A stretch of DNA of 54,774 nucleotides from a virus. Taxonomy: Duplodnaviria; Caudoviricetes. Shown here in pieces: positions 46,089 through 54,734 of the stretch (position 1 is the first letter of the stretch; each line of letters begins with the position of its first letter). The translations under genes were made by a program, and so were the position numbers. Below the pieces are notes generated by a model. That model had not been told where the DNA came from, made no database searches, and saw only the letters and a program-made list of their open reading frames with translations. The DNA lies in IMG/VR virus record IMGVR_UViG_3300049847_000273, positions 1 through 54,774 of that record. One strand, 5' to 3'.

Positions 46089-47670
46089 CTTTATCTGTTT
46101 TTTTTGGTTCTATTTGTTCTACAGGTATTTTCTTTTTTTCTTCTAGGTTTTTGCTGAAATTTTCATCCCATTGACCGTATCCTAGCTGCTCTGTAGCTTG
46201 TTCTCTTGAAATCAATGCTGATGTATCATCTATTCCTAAAGCTTCTCTTATAGCTTTGATTTCTTTTAGTGGGTCAATATGTGGCATATTCTTACCTGTA
46301 AATCTACATTGTGCATAACTCTCAGTTACCATAATGTTTTTGTTTCTTACTGAAGCAATATATTCCGGAGCATCAATTTTGTTTCTTAATATTTCAAACT
46401 CCAACCAAGCTCTGAAAAATGGAACGTAAAACTCATTGGCTGTTTTTTCTCTGTGAATATCTACCACATACCCCCAAGCATTAATAGCGGCTCTTGATGC
46501 TGAATAATTAGAATTATACATCTGCATTGCTACCTCAGGCGGAACATCTAATCCGGCTGAAATGATATTGAAAACATTGCCATGAAAAACCCCAAAATCA
46601 CTCTCTATATCGGTATGAAATGATTTCATTGTGGACCCGATTGGCATATTGAAGGTTTGGTTGGATGTGGTTTCTGTAATTCTATTTGCAAGCCCATCCC
46701 CCAAAACTGTAGCGTCTCCCAATTGCGTTGTTGGCTCCCCTCTTTTTAAAGCTACTGTAGAACGATAAATATCTTCTCCTGTAGAGCTTTTATCATGTTC
46801 TATGTAGTTGAATATCTTGGCCGCTTGTTCTGCTTTCCCAACCGCAGCTTCGGTGTATCTGTCTAGTTTGGCAATCTTTTCTAATGACTGTGAAATTGCA
46901 GGTACCGCTCTAATGTGGTCAGGGCTAATTTTGTTGCCACTTACCATCCAAGCCATTGTTTTTTTGGACTTTTCTCCTTTGGCTTCTATCCTTTCAAAAA
47001 CAGAAGTTAATTCGTCTTTTTTCATAGAGCAAACATAATACGCTACATGATTTCCTTTTGGGTCTATCTCAATGCCATATTCTATTCGATTTCCTCTTGT
47101 TTTGGCCTTTTCGTGAAAATCAGAATCCACTCCTGGATTTTTTATGTGTTCCCCTGATACTACTTGTAGATTAGGGCCATTATCATCAAATCTCAAAACA
47201 CATAGCATATCGCCTCCCAAAAACTTCCCTTGAAAAGCATCCATTGCTAATTCATGTAGTGATTTGTCTTTTGAAAAGCTGCACTCTTTTGATTTGGCAT
47301 ACACCATAAATCTTGCCTCTACTAATCTTTGAAAATTGGTGCTATCAAAACTAATCCCTTCAGATTCTAAAACCACTTTGTTTGGCTCTGATTGTAACTT
47401 CAATCCGCTACCTACTACCCAATAAAAAAACTTAGATGAAATGACTCTAACTACATCGCTTTTAGTGTAAGCATCATAGGATCGTATTCTTAATACATTG
47501 TAATCCGGAACGTTTTTAATTGGTATCCCTAACTCTCCCAATGTTTTCTCTCCATCCCAAACCCTAGCAACGGGTGTATAGTTTTTTCCATAAACCAAGT
47601 TGTCTTGATATACAGCCGAGGAAACCTCCTCTTTTTTGTTTCTTGTAATGTTAAATCCAAATATATTCAT
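46066..47670 (-). CDS. Portal protein, lambda family
   Basis: VVGSGLKLQ, NYSASRAA, HIDPLKEIKA; likely start MNIFG. Confidence 0.92.
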   Translation of the reverse strand: MNIFGFNITRNKKEEVSSAVYQDNLVYGKNYTPVARVWDGEKTLGELGIPIKNVPDYNVLRIRSYDAYTKSDVVRVISSKFFYWVVGSGLKLQSEPNKVVLESEGISFDSTNFQRLVEARFMVYAKSKECSFSKDKSLHELAMDAFQGKFLGGDMLCVLRFDDNGPNLQVVSGEHIKNPGVDSDFHEKAKTRGNRIEYGIEIDPKGNHVAYYVCSMKKDELTSVFERIEAKGEKSKKTMAWMVSGNKISPDHIRAVPAISQSLEKIAKLDRYTEAAVGKAEQAAKIFNYIEHDKSSTGEDIYRSTVALKRGEPTTQLGDATVLGDGLANRITETTSNQTFNMPIGSTMKSFHTDIESDFGVFHGNVFNIISAGLDVPPEVAMQMYNSNYSASRAAINAWGYVVDIHREKTANEFYVPFFRAWLEFEILRNKIDAPEYIASVRNKNIMVTESYAQCRFTGKNMPHIDPLKEIKAIREALGIDDTSALISREQATEQLGYGQWDENFSKNLEEKKKIPVEQIEPKKTDKDGEENKA

Positions 47671-47680
47671 GGTTGTTTTT

Positions 47681-47974
47681 TTATAAATTACCACCTCTTA
47701 AAACCCTTACTCTACCATTTAATCTGTTGATGTACATTTGTCGTAATCGCTCATATCCTGTCATTGCATTGGCGATGTCGTTCACTGATCGGTATTCAGT
47801 TCTCACCTTCATCATCCCGTCATCAAATTCATATTGTTTTATGTGTCCTGACTCAATAGCAGCTAACATTGTGGATTCAAGACCTACTATAATTGTATCA
47901 TAGGCAATTATTTTGGCTTTTATAGAATCTCTTGACTCAATATACTCTGATATTGTGGTATAATTTGCGTTCAT
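47681..47974 (-). CDS. Head-tail joining protein (gpW-like)
   Basis: Directly upstream of portal; YEFDDG...RTEYRS; likely start MNANY. Confidence 0.7.
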   Translation of the reverse strand: MNANYTTISEYIESRDSIKAKIIAYDTIIVGLESTMLAAIESGHIKQYEFDDGMMKVRTEYRSVNDIANAMTGYERLRQMYINRLNGRVRVLRGGNL

Positions 47975-47990
47975 AATTATCGTGGTTTTT

Positions 47991-48090
47991 AACAAACAAA
48001 GGAGTATCCACTATGTAAGCAGATACTCCTTTGTCTAAAATTCAATCAATGTTCTCACAACATTAACAATTATTATTCCCTACAAATGTA
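47991..48090 (-). promoter_or_regulatory. Late promoter + conserved AATGTT-GTGAG-AACATT hairpin + leader terminator (portal-lysis operon)
   Basis: TACATTTG 48083-48090, hairpin 48048-48064, terminator acaaaggagtatc/gatactcctttgt. Confidence 0.75.
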
Positions 48091-48105
48091 ATTAAATTTT
48101 CAAAC

Positions 48106-48187
48106 AAAAAAACCACTAGAAAAAATCTAGTGGTTTCAAATTGAATTAACCAAAAAACAATTATAGAGATAAGGTGCTGTAAAATTA
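48106..48187 (-). ncRNA. Candidate small RNA (variant promoter, U-rich body, terminator)
   Basis: TAATTTTA 48180-48187, no ORF, aaaccactaga/tctagtggttt terminator; body similar to 24112-24134. Confidence 0.4.
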
Positions 48188-48212
48188 GTATTTTTGATTA
48201 ATAATAAGTGAT

Positions 48213-48380
48213 TTATTTTTTACCTTCTGAAACGTCTTTTCTCATTTCATGGCAAAGGTTTTTTATCTCTTGCAAAACCTTTCTTAATCGTGTTCCTGCG
48301 CTCTTGTTTCCTGCGTTGAACTTTTGTCCTTCTAACTGTGCTGTAGCGTTTAATTCTGCTAATTTTTCTAATTTTTCCAT
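48213..48380 (-). CDS. Histone H1-like (Hc1-family) small basic protein (55 aa, below ORF-track cutoff)
   Basis: Manual translation MEKLEKLAELNATAQLEGQKFNAGNKSAGTRLRKVLQEIKNLCHEMRKDVSEGKK; GNKSAGTR.RK signature. Confidence 0.8.
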   Translation of the reverse strand: MEKLEKLAELNATAQLEGQKFNAGNKSAGTRLRKVLQEIKNLCHEMRKDVSEGKK

Positions 48381-48385
48381 GTTGA

Positions 48386-48640
48386 TTACTTTTTAGGTGA
48401 TAATTTTTTTACTGTTGATGCTTGTTCTTGATTTGGTTGTTCAGGAACATTAGCAGACTGAACTTCATTGGCTAGTCTTTGCGTCTCCTCTAAGAACGCT
48501 TGTATTGCTTGTCTTGAAATGATTACAGCCTGATTCAATTGTCCTGCACTGTTCAAATCATAAGACCCTTTTTGTTGGCCAATCTCGACCCCTTGGATTA
48601 AAGCACTTATTGCGCTTGCTAAAGATTCATTAATTTCCAT
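48386..48640 (-). CDS. Hypothetical protein (84 aa)
   Basis: LIQGVEIGQQKGSYDL motif. Confidence 0.7.
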   Translation of the reverse strand: MEINESLASAISALIQGVEIGQQKGSYDLNSAGQLNQAVIISRQAIQAFLEETQRLANEVQSANVPEQPNQEQASTVKKLSPKK

Positions 48641-49004
48641 TTTTATTTATTTAAAGTTATTATATAAAAAACTTTTATGTTGCAAATAGCATAAATGCCA
48701 TTTTGCAACATTTATAACTAACCTTGAATTAGTTATCAAGCACTATCTACACTTCCTTGTTGCTCCAATTTCTTATTAACTTCTCCTTAAATTTAGAAAA
48801 CACTTTTTCTTTTCAGGAATGGATTCTTAGGTTACTGTTCTACTTCCTTTCGGTTTGCAACACTCGTTGTCAAGTTAAGACATTGCGAGATTTTTTAACA
48901 GCATTAGATATGCACTTTTTGGATTACTCCACCGCCTACTAAAAATCACTTTTTATACGGTTCTTATTTTTCAGTCAAGAGGTAAAACTTTTTTGGAAAG
49001 CCTG

Positions 49005-49135
49005 TAAAAGGCGAAATCCCTCAATCTTAGCTACGTGGAGGACTAAAATCAAGGGATTATCTATTTTTTATTTTTCAATCTTTCAGAAATAGATAATCAA
49101 ATCTATTTCCACGTAGATTGATTGAAGCAAAAATA
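49005..49135 (-). promoter_or_regulatory. Promoter + structured leader (terminator-like hairpin whose loop pairs with the 5' end)
   Basis: TATTTTTG 49128-49135; CTACGTGGA near +1 is complementary to loop TCCACGTAG; extra attatctattt/aaatagataat stem. Confidence 0.65.
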
Positions 49136-49210
49136 CAAAACTTTATTTTATAAATCCAAAAAAAAAGACCAAAACAATACAAAAAAAGTTTTAGTCTTTT
49201 GATTTTCAGC

Positions 49211-49435
49211 TTATTGCGAAGTATTTTTCAGCACTTCATCAATTAGAATAACATCATTAGCGTAAATATTTGGATTTTGTTTTATGTATTCGATACCTAG
49301 CCTTTGTGCTTGTTTGAATTTGTCGTACAGGAAAATAATGTTGTGTCGCTTCATTGTAATTGTCTGCTTGAATGTCGCATAATTTTTAAAATGCTCTGTT
49401 TCGGCTAATGCTTTTTTGAATTCTTGTTCGTTCAT
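49211..49435 (-). CDS. Hypothetical protein (74 aa)
   Basis: ORF track, coupled. Confidence 0.65.
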   Translation of the reverse strand: MNEQEFKKALAETEHFKNYATFKQTITMKRHNIIFLYDKFKQAQRLGIEYIKQNPNIYANDVILIDEVLKNTSQ

Positions 49436-49617
49436 TTTTTATCGTTTTTTGTTATCTCGTTTTTAAAGGTTTTGTAATCCATGTTTACAGTAATTACTTG
49501 TCTTAATACCTCATAGACATCCCCTAGTAGTAGATATGGAATCCCTAGATGCTCCACGCAATACGTATCCTTGATTTGTTCTATTGCTTCTTCTAATAAC
49601 TCTTGGTCTGATTTCAT
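49432..49617 (-). CDS. Hypothetical protein (61 aa)
   Basis: ORF track, coupled. Confidence 0.65.
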   Translation of the reverse strand: MKSDQELLEEAIEQIKDTYCVEHLGIPYLLLGDVYEVLRQVITVNMDYKTFKNEITKNDKK

Positions 49618-49916
49618 ATTACTTCTTCTTTATTGGTTGCGAAATAGTAATTCTGTAACTCGTGAACAAAATCAAATCTGTGCTGCTCAACATTAAAATT
49701 GCCTTTGTAATACAAATTATCATATTTTTTAAAACCAAATAAAAGCCAATACACATCTGTAAGTGGTAACGGGTCTATTTCTTCTAAATCTGCATATTCA
49801 CACGTAATGCTATTAAAGCAAACATAATCCTCTCCAATAGCCGTTACTATCTGCGGCTCTCTTGTTTCTTTTGATAGGATAAAATTTCCTAGTCTTAGTT
49901 CTTTAGGGTCTATCAT
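49614..49916 (-). CDS. Hypothetical protein (100 aa), paralog of 50899-51285
   Basis: ELRLGN...PLPLT...GF...VHELQN. Confidence 0.75.
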   Translation of the reverse strand: MIDPKELRLGNFILSKETREPQIVTAIGEDYVCFNSITCEYADLEEIDPLPLTDVYWLLFGFKKYDNLYYKGNFNVEQHRFDFVHELQNYYFATNKEEVI

Positions 49917-50292
49917 AATTAGTTTTTAGTATTTTGTTAATAATTCCTTCAATTGCACTCAAATTAAGCTCCTTAGCTTGCAATGCTTTACAGATAAATG
50001 ATTGATCCAATAGATTGAAGTCCATCATATAATGCACATTTTGCTTTATCACGTCATAGAAGTGATTGGTACCATCCTCAGCCACCTGATAAAACTCGTT
50101 GTACTTCTTTGTTTCTTTATCCAATGCTGGATAAATTGCCTTTAATTGAGAAGCTAGTTTCTTATTTCCAAACTTTGCATCTAAATTATTGAGGTCATCC
50201 AAATCCTCAATCATCAATTGGACTTTTACATACAAGCTGATTGTTTTGTTGGCGATTAATTGTTCCTTCTCTGTGAATTCTAAGTTATTCAT
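49903..50292 (-). CDS. Hypothetical protein (129 aa)
   Basis: ORF track. Confidence 0.7.
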   Translation of the reverse strand: MNNLEFTEKEQLIANKTISLYVKVQLMIEDLDDLNNLDAKFGNKKLASQLKAIYPALDKETKKYNEFYQVAEDGTNHFYDVIKQNVHYMMDFNLLDQSFICKALQAKELNLSAIEGIINKILKTNYDRP

Positions 50293-50310
50293 TCCTGATT
50301 AATGTTTTAG

Positions 50311-50802
50311 TTAAAAATATACGTTGATTCCTAGTTTGATGTAATTAAAAGAGTCAAACCCAAGTTTAACCCCAACATCCTTTGTGATTTCCTTGCTAAA
50401 ATCAATACCTACTATTGGTTTTATAAACACACTATCATCCTTGTGGTATTGCGTTCCATTGTACTCAAAATTCATCTTTCTTCCATACAAAGCACCTCCA
50501 AGTAGGTAGGATACTTTTATACCCTTTAAATAACCAAATGAAACTAATCCATACATAGTAAACCATTTTTGCGTAACGGTGTTGATTTTATTTTTCAAAT
50601 CCCACTCTGAAATGTCTCCTGGTTTAAATTCTCCTAAACCTCTTGTGGCTTCGTTGGTTCCCGCGAATCCTGCACCTGCTTTTTCTGTGAACATAATTTC
50701 AGCACCAAAAGATTCTGATGAGCCTGTGTAGAAAGTGAACGTTGCTTTTTGTGCTTGTGTGCTAATCGATAGCATCACAAGAATTGCTAGTATTGTTTTC
50801 AT
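50311..50802 (-). CDS. Putative small outer-membrane beta-barrel protein
   Basis: Signal peptide MKTILAILVMLSISTQA, alternating amphipathic strands, C-terminal LGINVYF. Confidence 0.7.
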   Translation of the reverse strand: MKTILAILVMLSISTQAQKATFTFYTGSSESFGAEIMFTEKAGAGFAGTNEATRGLGEFKPGDISEWDLKNKINTVTQKWFTMYGLVSFGYLKGIKVSYLLGGALYGRKMNFEYNGTQYHKDDSVFIKPIVGIDFSKEITKDVGVKLGFDSFNYIKLGINVYF

Positions 50803-50898
50803 AATTTATCCAAAATTGTTTAATTGATTCAGGGATTAATTCCCATTTTATTTTTTTTACTCTTGATAGTATTAATGCTTTTTGGTTTTTTGTGTATT

Positions 50899-51285
50899 TT
50901 ATAATTGTAATTCTTTGTTAGTTAATGCAAAGTATAGGTTCTGAAGTTGATGAACGTGTTTAATATTTTCTAGAATATTACCCCTCCAAAAAATCCATTT
51001 TAAGTCATTTGCAAATTCAAAGTCATTTAACCAAAAATCTTTATTATCACCTTTGTACTTTAAAAACCCTAATTTCAACAACCATTCTTCTGTTAATGGT
51101 ATTGGTTGTAAATCTTCTCCATACCAAGTAAGCGGATGAAAATTTTCTCCGTGTTCTGGGTGAACCATAGCGACTTTTATAAATTTTTCTGATAAACTTT
51201 CAAAAGCATCTATTCTAAAAGGCGATTGGTCTTCTCTCGGAACATTTACATAATTCCCAATTCTTAATTCATTTGCTTGTATCAT
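50899..51285 (-). CDS. Hypothetical protein (128 aa), paralog of 49614-49916
   Basis: ELRIGN...PIPLTEEWLLKLGF...VHQLQNLYFALT. Confidence 0.8.
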   Translation of the reverse strand: MIQANELRIGNYVNVPREDQSPFRIDAFESLSEKFIKVAMVHPEHGENFHPLTWYGEDLQPIPLTEEWLLKLGFLKYKGDNKDFWLNDFEFANDLKWIFWRGNILENIKHVHQLQNLYFALTNKELQL

Positions 51286-51389
51286 AATCGATGTTTTAAG
51301 TGTTATTACTTCGACAAATATATAGCTTTTTCTTTTAAAACAAAATATTTTTATAAAAAATATGGTTTTTATTTAAAAAAGATAACTTT

Positions 51390-53426
51390 TTACATATTTA
51401 TAGCGTCACAATAATGTAGCCAAGTGATGTCTTTGTTCCTAGAATCGTACAATTTTAGGTCAGATATAAATATTTCTCTAGCTGCTAAATTGTACACCGC
51501 AACGTCAAAAAAGTGGTTGTTTTCCCTTTTTTTCTTCCATGCATACCCAATTTCCACATCATTTTTGGTTACAGGAACTCGATGTTCTGCTTCATAATGC
51601 GAAAAATAACTGTTGAGATTGTATTTTCCCTCAGCAGGTTGTGGGAAATTCATGTAGCCATCGGGTTGTGATCCGTCAAGACCCATTTGTAATGCCATAT
51701 TATTAGCGATTGTGTCTTTGATTAGGTTTACATCCAAAAGGTATAAAAGGCCTTTGTTTTCCCTAGAATGTGTAATCATTGGGCTGTTTTTGCCTAGTTT
51801 TCGGTAATTATCCTCACCTAAACCTTTTACCCCGAATACTTTTCGGTCTTTTATTGAGGAAATAAAGTTGTTGGCCAACTTAGTAAAGTGTCCTGTATCG
51901 ATAACCGTGATGTCAATATCGTAGTACATTCCGGATTGGCCTTGTAGTGGAGTGTAGATAATGTCTTTTAGAATATCCCAAACGCTGTTTTTTACTCCAT
52001 GCGTGTAAGTGAATCGAACTCTATCACTATCCTTGTCCATATCCTTTTTGGTTTTGTTTTGGGTTCTTTTAAAGGTACCAATGGAGCCGTGTTTAATAGA
52101 ATACGTTTGGCCACAAGATGTATGTGCTATAATTTCCCAATCCAAACGAACGTCTTCAATTCTATTATCATAATCCATGATACCCCCAAGGTCACACGCC
52201 AAACTAATCAAAGCTATTTTTCCGTTGTCATCTCTCTCACAAGTTTGGTCGGGAACAACCCCTATCTCATAATTACGGATATTATTCATCAGGCTAATTG
52301 CTCTTGGGCTTTTACCCCTATCCTCCCACAACTCCCCTAACTGAACGTTGGTGAATGTTTTTAGTAATCCTATATCCACAGGCTCATTTGGCGGACAAGC
52401 TTTCAAAAACTCGTGAACTAAACTCACCCAAGAGTTAAATCCTGGAGGATTACACAAAGCATTAAACGAATAGCTTCTGTACTGCGGCTGTTTCGGCTTG
52501 GCTGTTGGAATCCATTTACCTGTTAGGTTCAAATCATACTTTTGTTTGTAATCTATCCTGCCACCGCAATTTTGGCACTCGTAATGCACCGATTTTTCTA
52601 TCAACACATTATCTTGGTCCAGCTCCCATTTAATCCCTCCAAACGTTCCGTTGTCTCTCTCTACTTTCCAAAGGATAGGGATGTATGTTTTACAATGCGG
52701 ACATTCCCAATTCCATTGTCGCTTATCACCATCGTTGTACACCTCCTCAATATTAGAAACTCCCTTGGTTGTTGGAGATGAGATGTACACTATTTTCTTG
52801 GTGTCACCGTAAGACTTCGCCCTAGCTTCAACCAAACTTCTAATCGAACCCTCTTTTTTATCCGTTCTTGGAGCGTCATCAAACTCATCGGCCAAGATAA
52901 ACTTTGCGGAATAAAAACGTAAGCTACTTGGCTTGTATGTCGAGCAGGTCAAACTTCCTCCGGAAAACTCTTTCTTGAAATCAGTATCTCCCGTACGTTG
53001 ATTTGCTTTTTTTATGGAATTAGGTCTGATATAATCTTTCATTCCTGAGTTTTGGATAATCGGGTCCAATCTATCTCGGACTGTATCCCTAACTAATTTT
53101 TCCGAACCCGAAAAGAAAAGTGTATTCGCTGGACATTGTGAAATAATATATGGAATCATTGGCACCACAACCCCTGCTGTAAATCCTGACTGAGAACATT
53201 TCATTACTGCGGAAATCTCAACATCTGAGCTAGGGCTTAGATTGTCTATTATCTCTTTTGAATACGGTGATCTATCGTAACTGAAAAAACCCGCATATCT
53301 CGACTCAGCCGATGTTAGAAATATATTTTTCTCAACCCATTCCGATGGCTCCAATCGAACCGGATCAAAGTCATAAATACTGTCTTGTATTTTTAGGACA
53401 TTATCTTTGTATAATTCGTGTAGCAT
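51390..53426 (-). CDS. Terminase large subunit, lambda GpA family
   Basis: MKCSQSGFT, ILADEFD, ISSPT, CPHC...CQNCG, IDTG, NHFFDVAVYNLAA. Confidence 0.95.
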   Translation of the reverse strand: MLHELYKDNVLKIQDSIYDFDPVRLEPSEWVEKNIFLTSAESRYAGFFSYDRSPYSKEIIDNLSPSSDVEISAVMKCSQSGFTAGVVVPMIPYIISQCPANTLFFSGSEKLVRDTVRDRLDPIIQNSGMKDYIRPNSIKKANQRTGDTDFKKEFSGGSLTCSTYKPSSLRFYSAKFILADEFDDAPRTDKKEGSIRSLVEARAKSYGDTKKIVYISSPTTKGVSNIEEVYNDGDKRQWNWECPHCKTYIPILWKVERDNGTFGGIKWELDQDNVLIEKSVHYECQNCGGRIDYKQKYDLNLTGKWIPTAKPKQPQYRSYSFNALCNPPGFNSWVSLVHEFLKACPPNEPVDIGLLKTFTNVQLGELWEDRGKSPRAISLMNNIRNYEIGVVPDQTCERDDNGKIALISLACDLGGIMDYDNRIEDVRLDWEIIAHTSCGQTYSIKHGSIGTFKRTQNKTKKDMDKDSDRVRFTYTHGVKNSVWDILKDIIYTPLQGQSGMYYDIDITVIDTGHFTKLANNFISSIKDRKVFGVKGLGEDNYRKLGKNSPMITHSRENKGLLYLLDVNLIKDTIANNMALQMGLDGSQPDGYMNFPQPAEGKYNLNSYFSHYEAEHRVPVTKNDVEIGYAWKKKRENNHFFDVAVYNLAAREIFISDLKLYDSRNKDITWLHYCDAINM

Positions 53427-53429
53427 AAT

Positions 53430-54734
53430 TTATGATTTACGTTCTCCTCTACCTCTTGTTTCCGTGTATTCTTGTAAGTACAGCTCAATTTCTTGATTGG
53501 CATTTACCTTGGCCGTTTCCACTATCTTTTTAAGCATTGCATTATGAGCATTGGTAATTCTAACCAAATCAGCTCTTGTGCCTCCCAAAACCTCTACGCT
53601 TATTGTGGCCAAGTTCTCCATCTCAATGCTAAATGTCTTGAATATTTGTTGTAGATTTATTTTAAGCAGGTTTGAAGTAATGTCCAAAGGCAAAGTATTA
53701 CCCGCAATTTTCTCTAATTGTATTTGTTTTAACTCAGATTGTCGCTCCACAAACAACACATCGGCTTCTTTTTTTCTTAATTCAAGCTCCTGAAACGTTC
53801 TTCTGTGCTTTTCCAACCGTTTTTTTTCCAACTTTTCAGCAGGACTTTCCACCACCTTTTCTACCTCAACTTTTTGGATCTCTGTATCTTCAGAAATAAA
53901 AGTATTATGAACTAAAGAGCATCTTAGTATAAAATCTTCCACACTCATATTACTTTTCATCCAATTACAAGTACTGCAACAAGGAACGCAATTGCTTTCG
54001 ATATAACCTATGTCATTGTTTTTTCTATCAAACCCAACCTTCTCTATTTGCTCTCCACAATAATAACAATCGGCAAAAACATATTTTTTAAAAAAATCTA
54101 AAGACAATTGAAAATCAAGGTTTCTTGATGGTGATTTTTGTTTGTATTTTAAGTAAATTTCGTTTGCTATAAAGTCAACATCTCCATTTTCTATTCTTTC
54201 TTTTCTTTTTTGTCTGCAAGAGTAATTAACTTTTGACCTAACCGATTTTTTACATTTATCACTACAATAAGAAAGACTTCTATTTGAAACAGACAATTGA
54301 TAATCTTCCCCACATTCTTTGCAAATTTTATTTTTGTTTTGCGACGAAGCAATGTTAACTGAACCCTTGATTTTGCTAGGTTTTTCATTTTCGGGTTTTT
54401 TGGAATTTTCACCCTCAAAACTACCCGTTTTTGCCACAGTAGAAACACCACTTTTCGGCACATTTTCATAAATAATAGTTTTTTCTTTGTTTTTTATTGT
54501 TTTATTATGTTTTTTATTTACATTTGTATCGTTAGCAACCTGCTTATAGTAATTCTCAAACACACTCAGGTCGCCTCCGTTAATCGAAACTACATAAGCA
54601 TAGTTTGTTACATCTTCAACATTGATTAACCCGTTCTCAGATTTAATCAATTTTCCCCTGACAATGCGCTGTCTAACAGTAACACCGTTAACTCCAAGCA
54701 CGTCACCAAAATCTTTTACCGTTACATATTTCAT
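53430..54734 (-). CDS. Putative terminase small subunit with an internal Zn-finger/HNH domain (434 aa)
   Basis: N-terminal wHTH (VKDFGDVLGVNGVTV), C-terminal coiled coil (LEKIAGNTLP); middle CKEC...YCSDKC and CYYCG...GFDRKNNDIGYIESNCVPCCSTCNWMK. Confidence 0.7.
   Translation of the reverse strand: MKYVTVKDFGDVLGVNGVTVRQRIVRGKLIKSENGLINVEDVTNYAYVVSINGGDLSVFENYYKQVANDTNVNKKHNKTIKNKEKTIIYENVPKSGVSTVAKTGSFEGENSKKPENEKPSKIKGSVNIASSQNKNKICKECGEDYQLSVSNRSLSYCSDKCKKSVRSKVNYSCRQKRKERIENGDVDFIANEIYLKYKQKSPSRNLDFQLSLDFFKKYVFADCYYCGEQIEKVGFDRKNNDIGYIESNCVPCCSTCNWMKSNMSVEDFILRCSLVHNTFISEDTEIQKVEVEKVVESPAEKLEKKRLEKHRRTFQELELRKKEADVLFVERQSELKQIQLEKIAGNTLPLDITSNLLKINLQQIFKTFSIEMENLATISVEVLGGTRADLVRITNAHNAMLKKIVETAKVNANQEIELYLQEYTETRGRGERKS

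Noticed and set aside
2071-53793. Numerous short plus-strand ORFs in the track
   Set aside because: They lie antisense to well-supported minus-strand genes and have shadow-ORF composition; only 9225-9932 and 9952-10230 were accepted
53900-53925. LVHNT in the TerS-like protein resembling an intein C-terminal splice motif
   Set aside because: No intein block A, B or F is recognisable; the segment reads as the normal helix after an HNH domain
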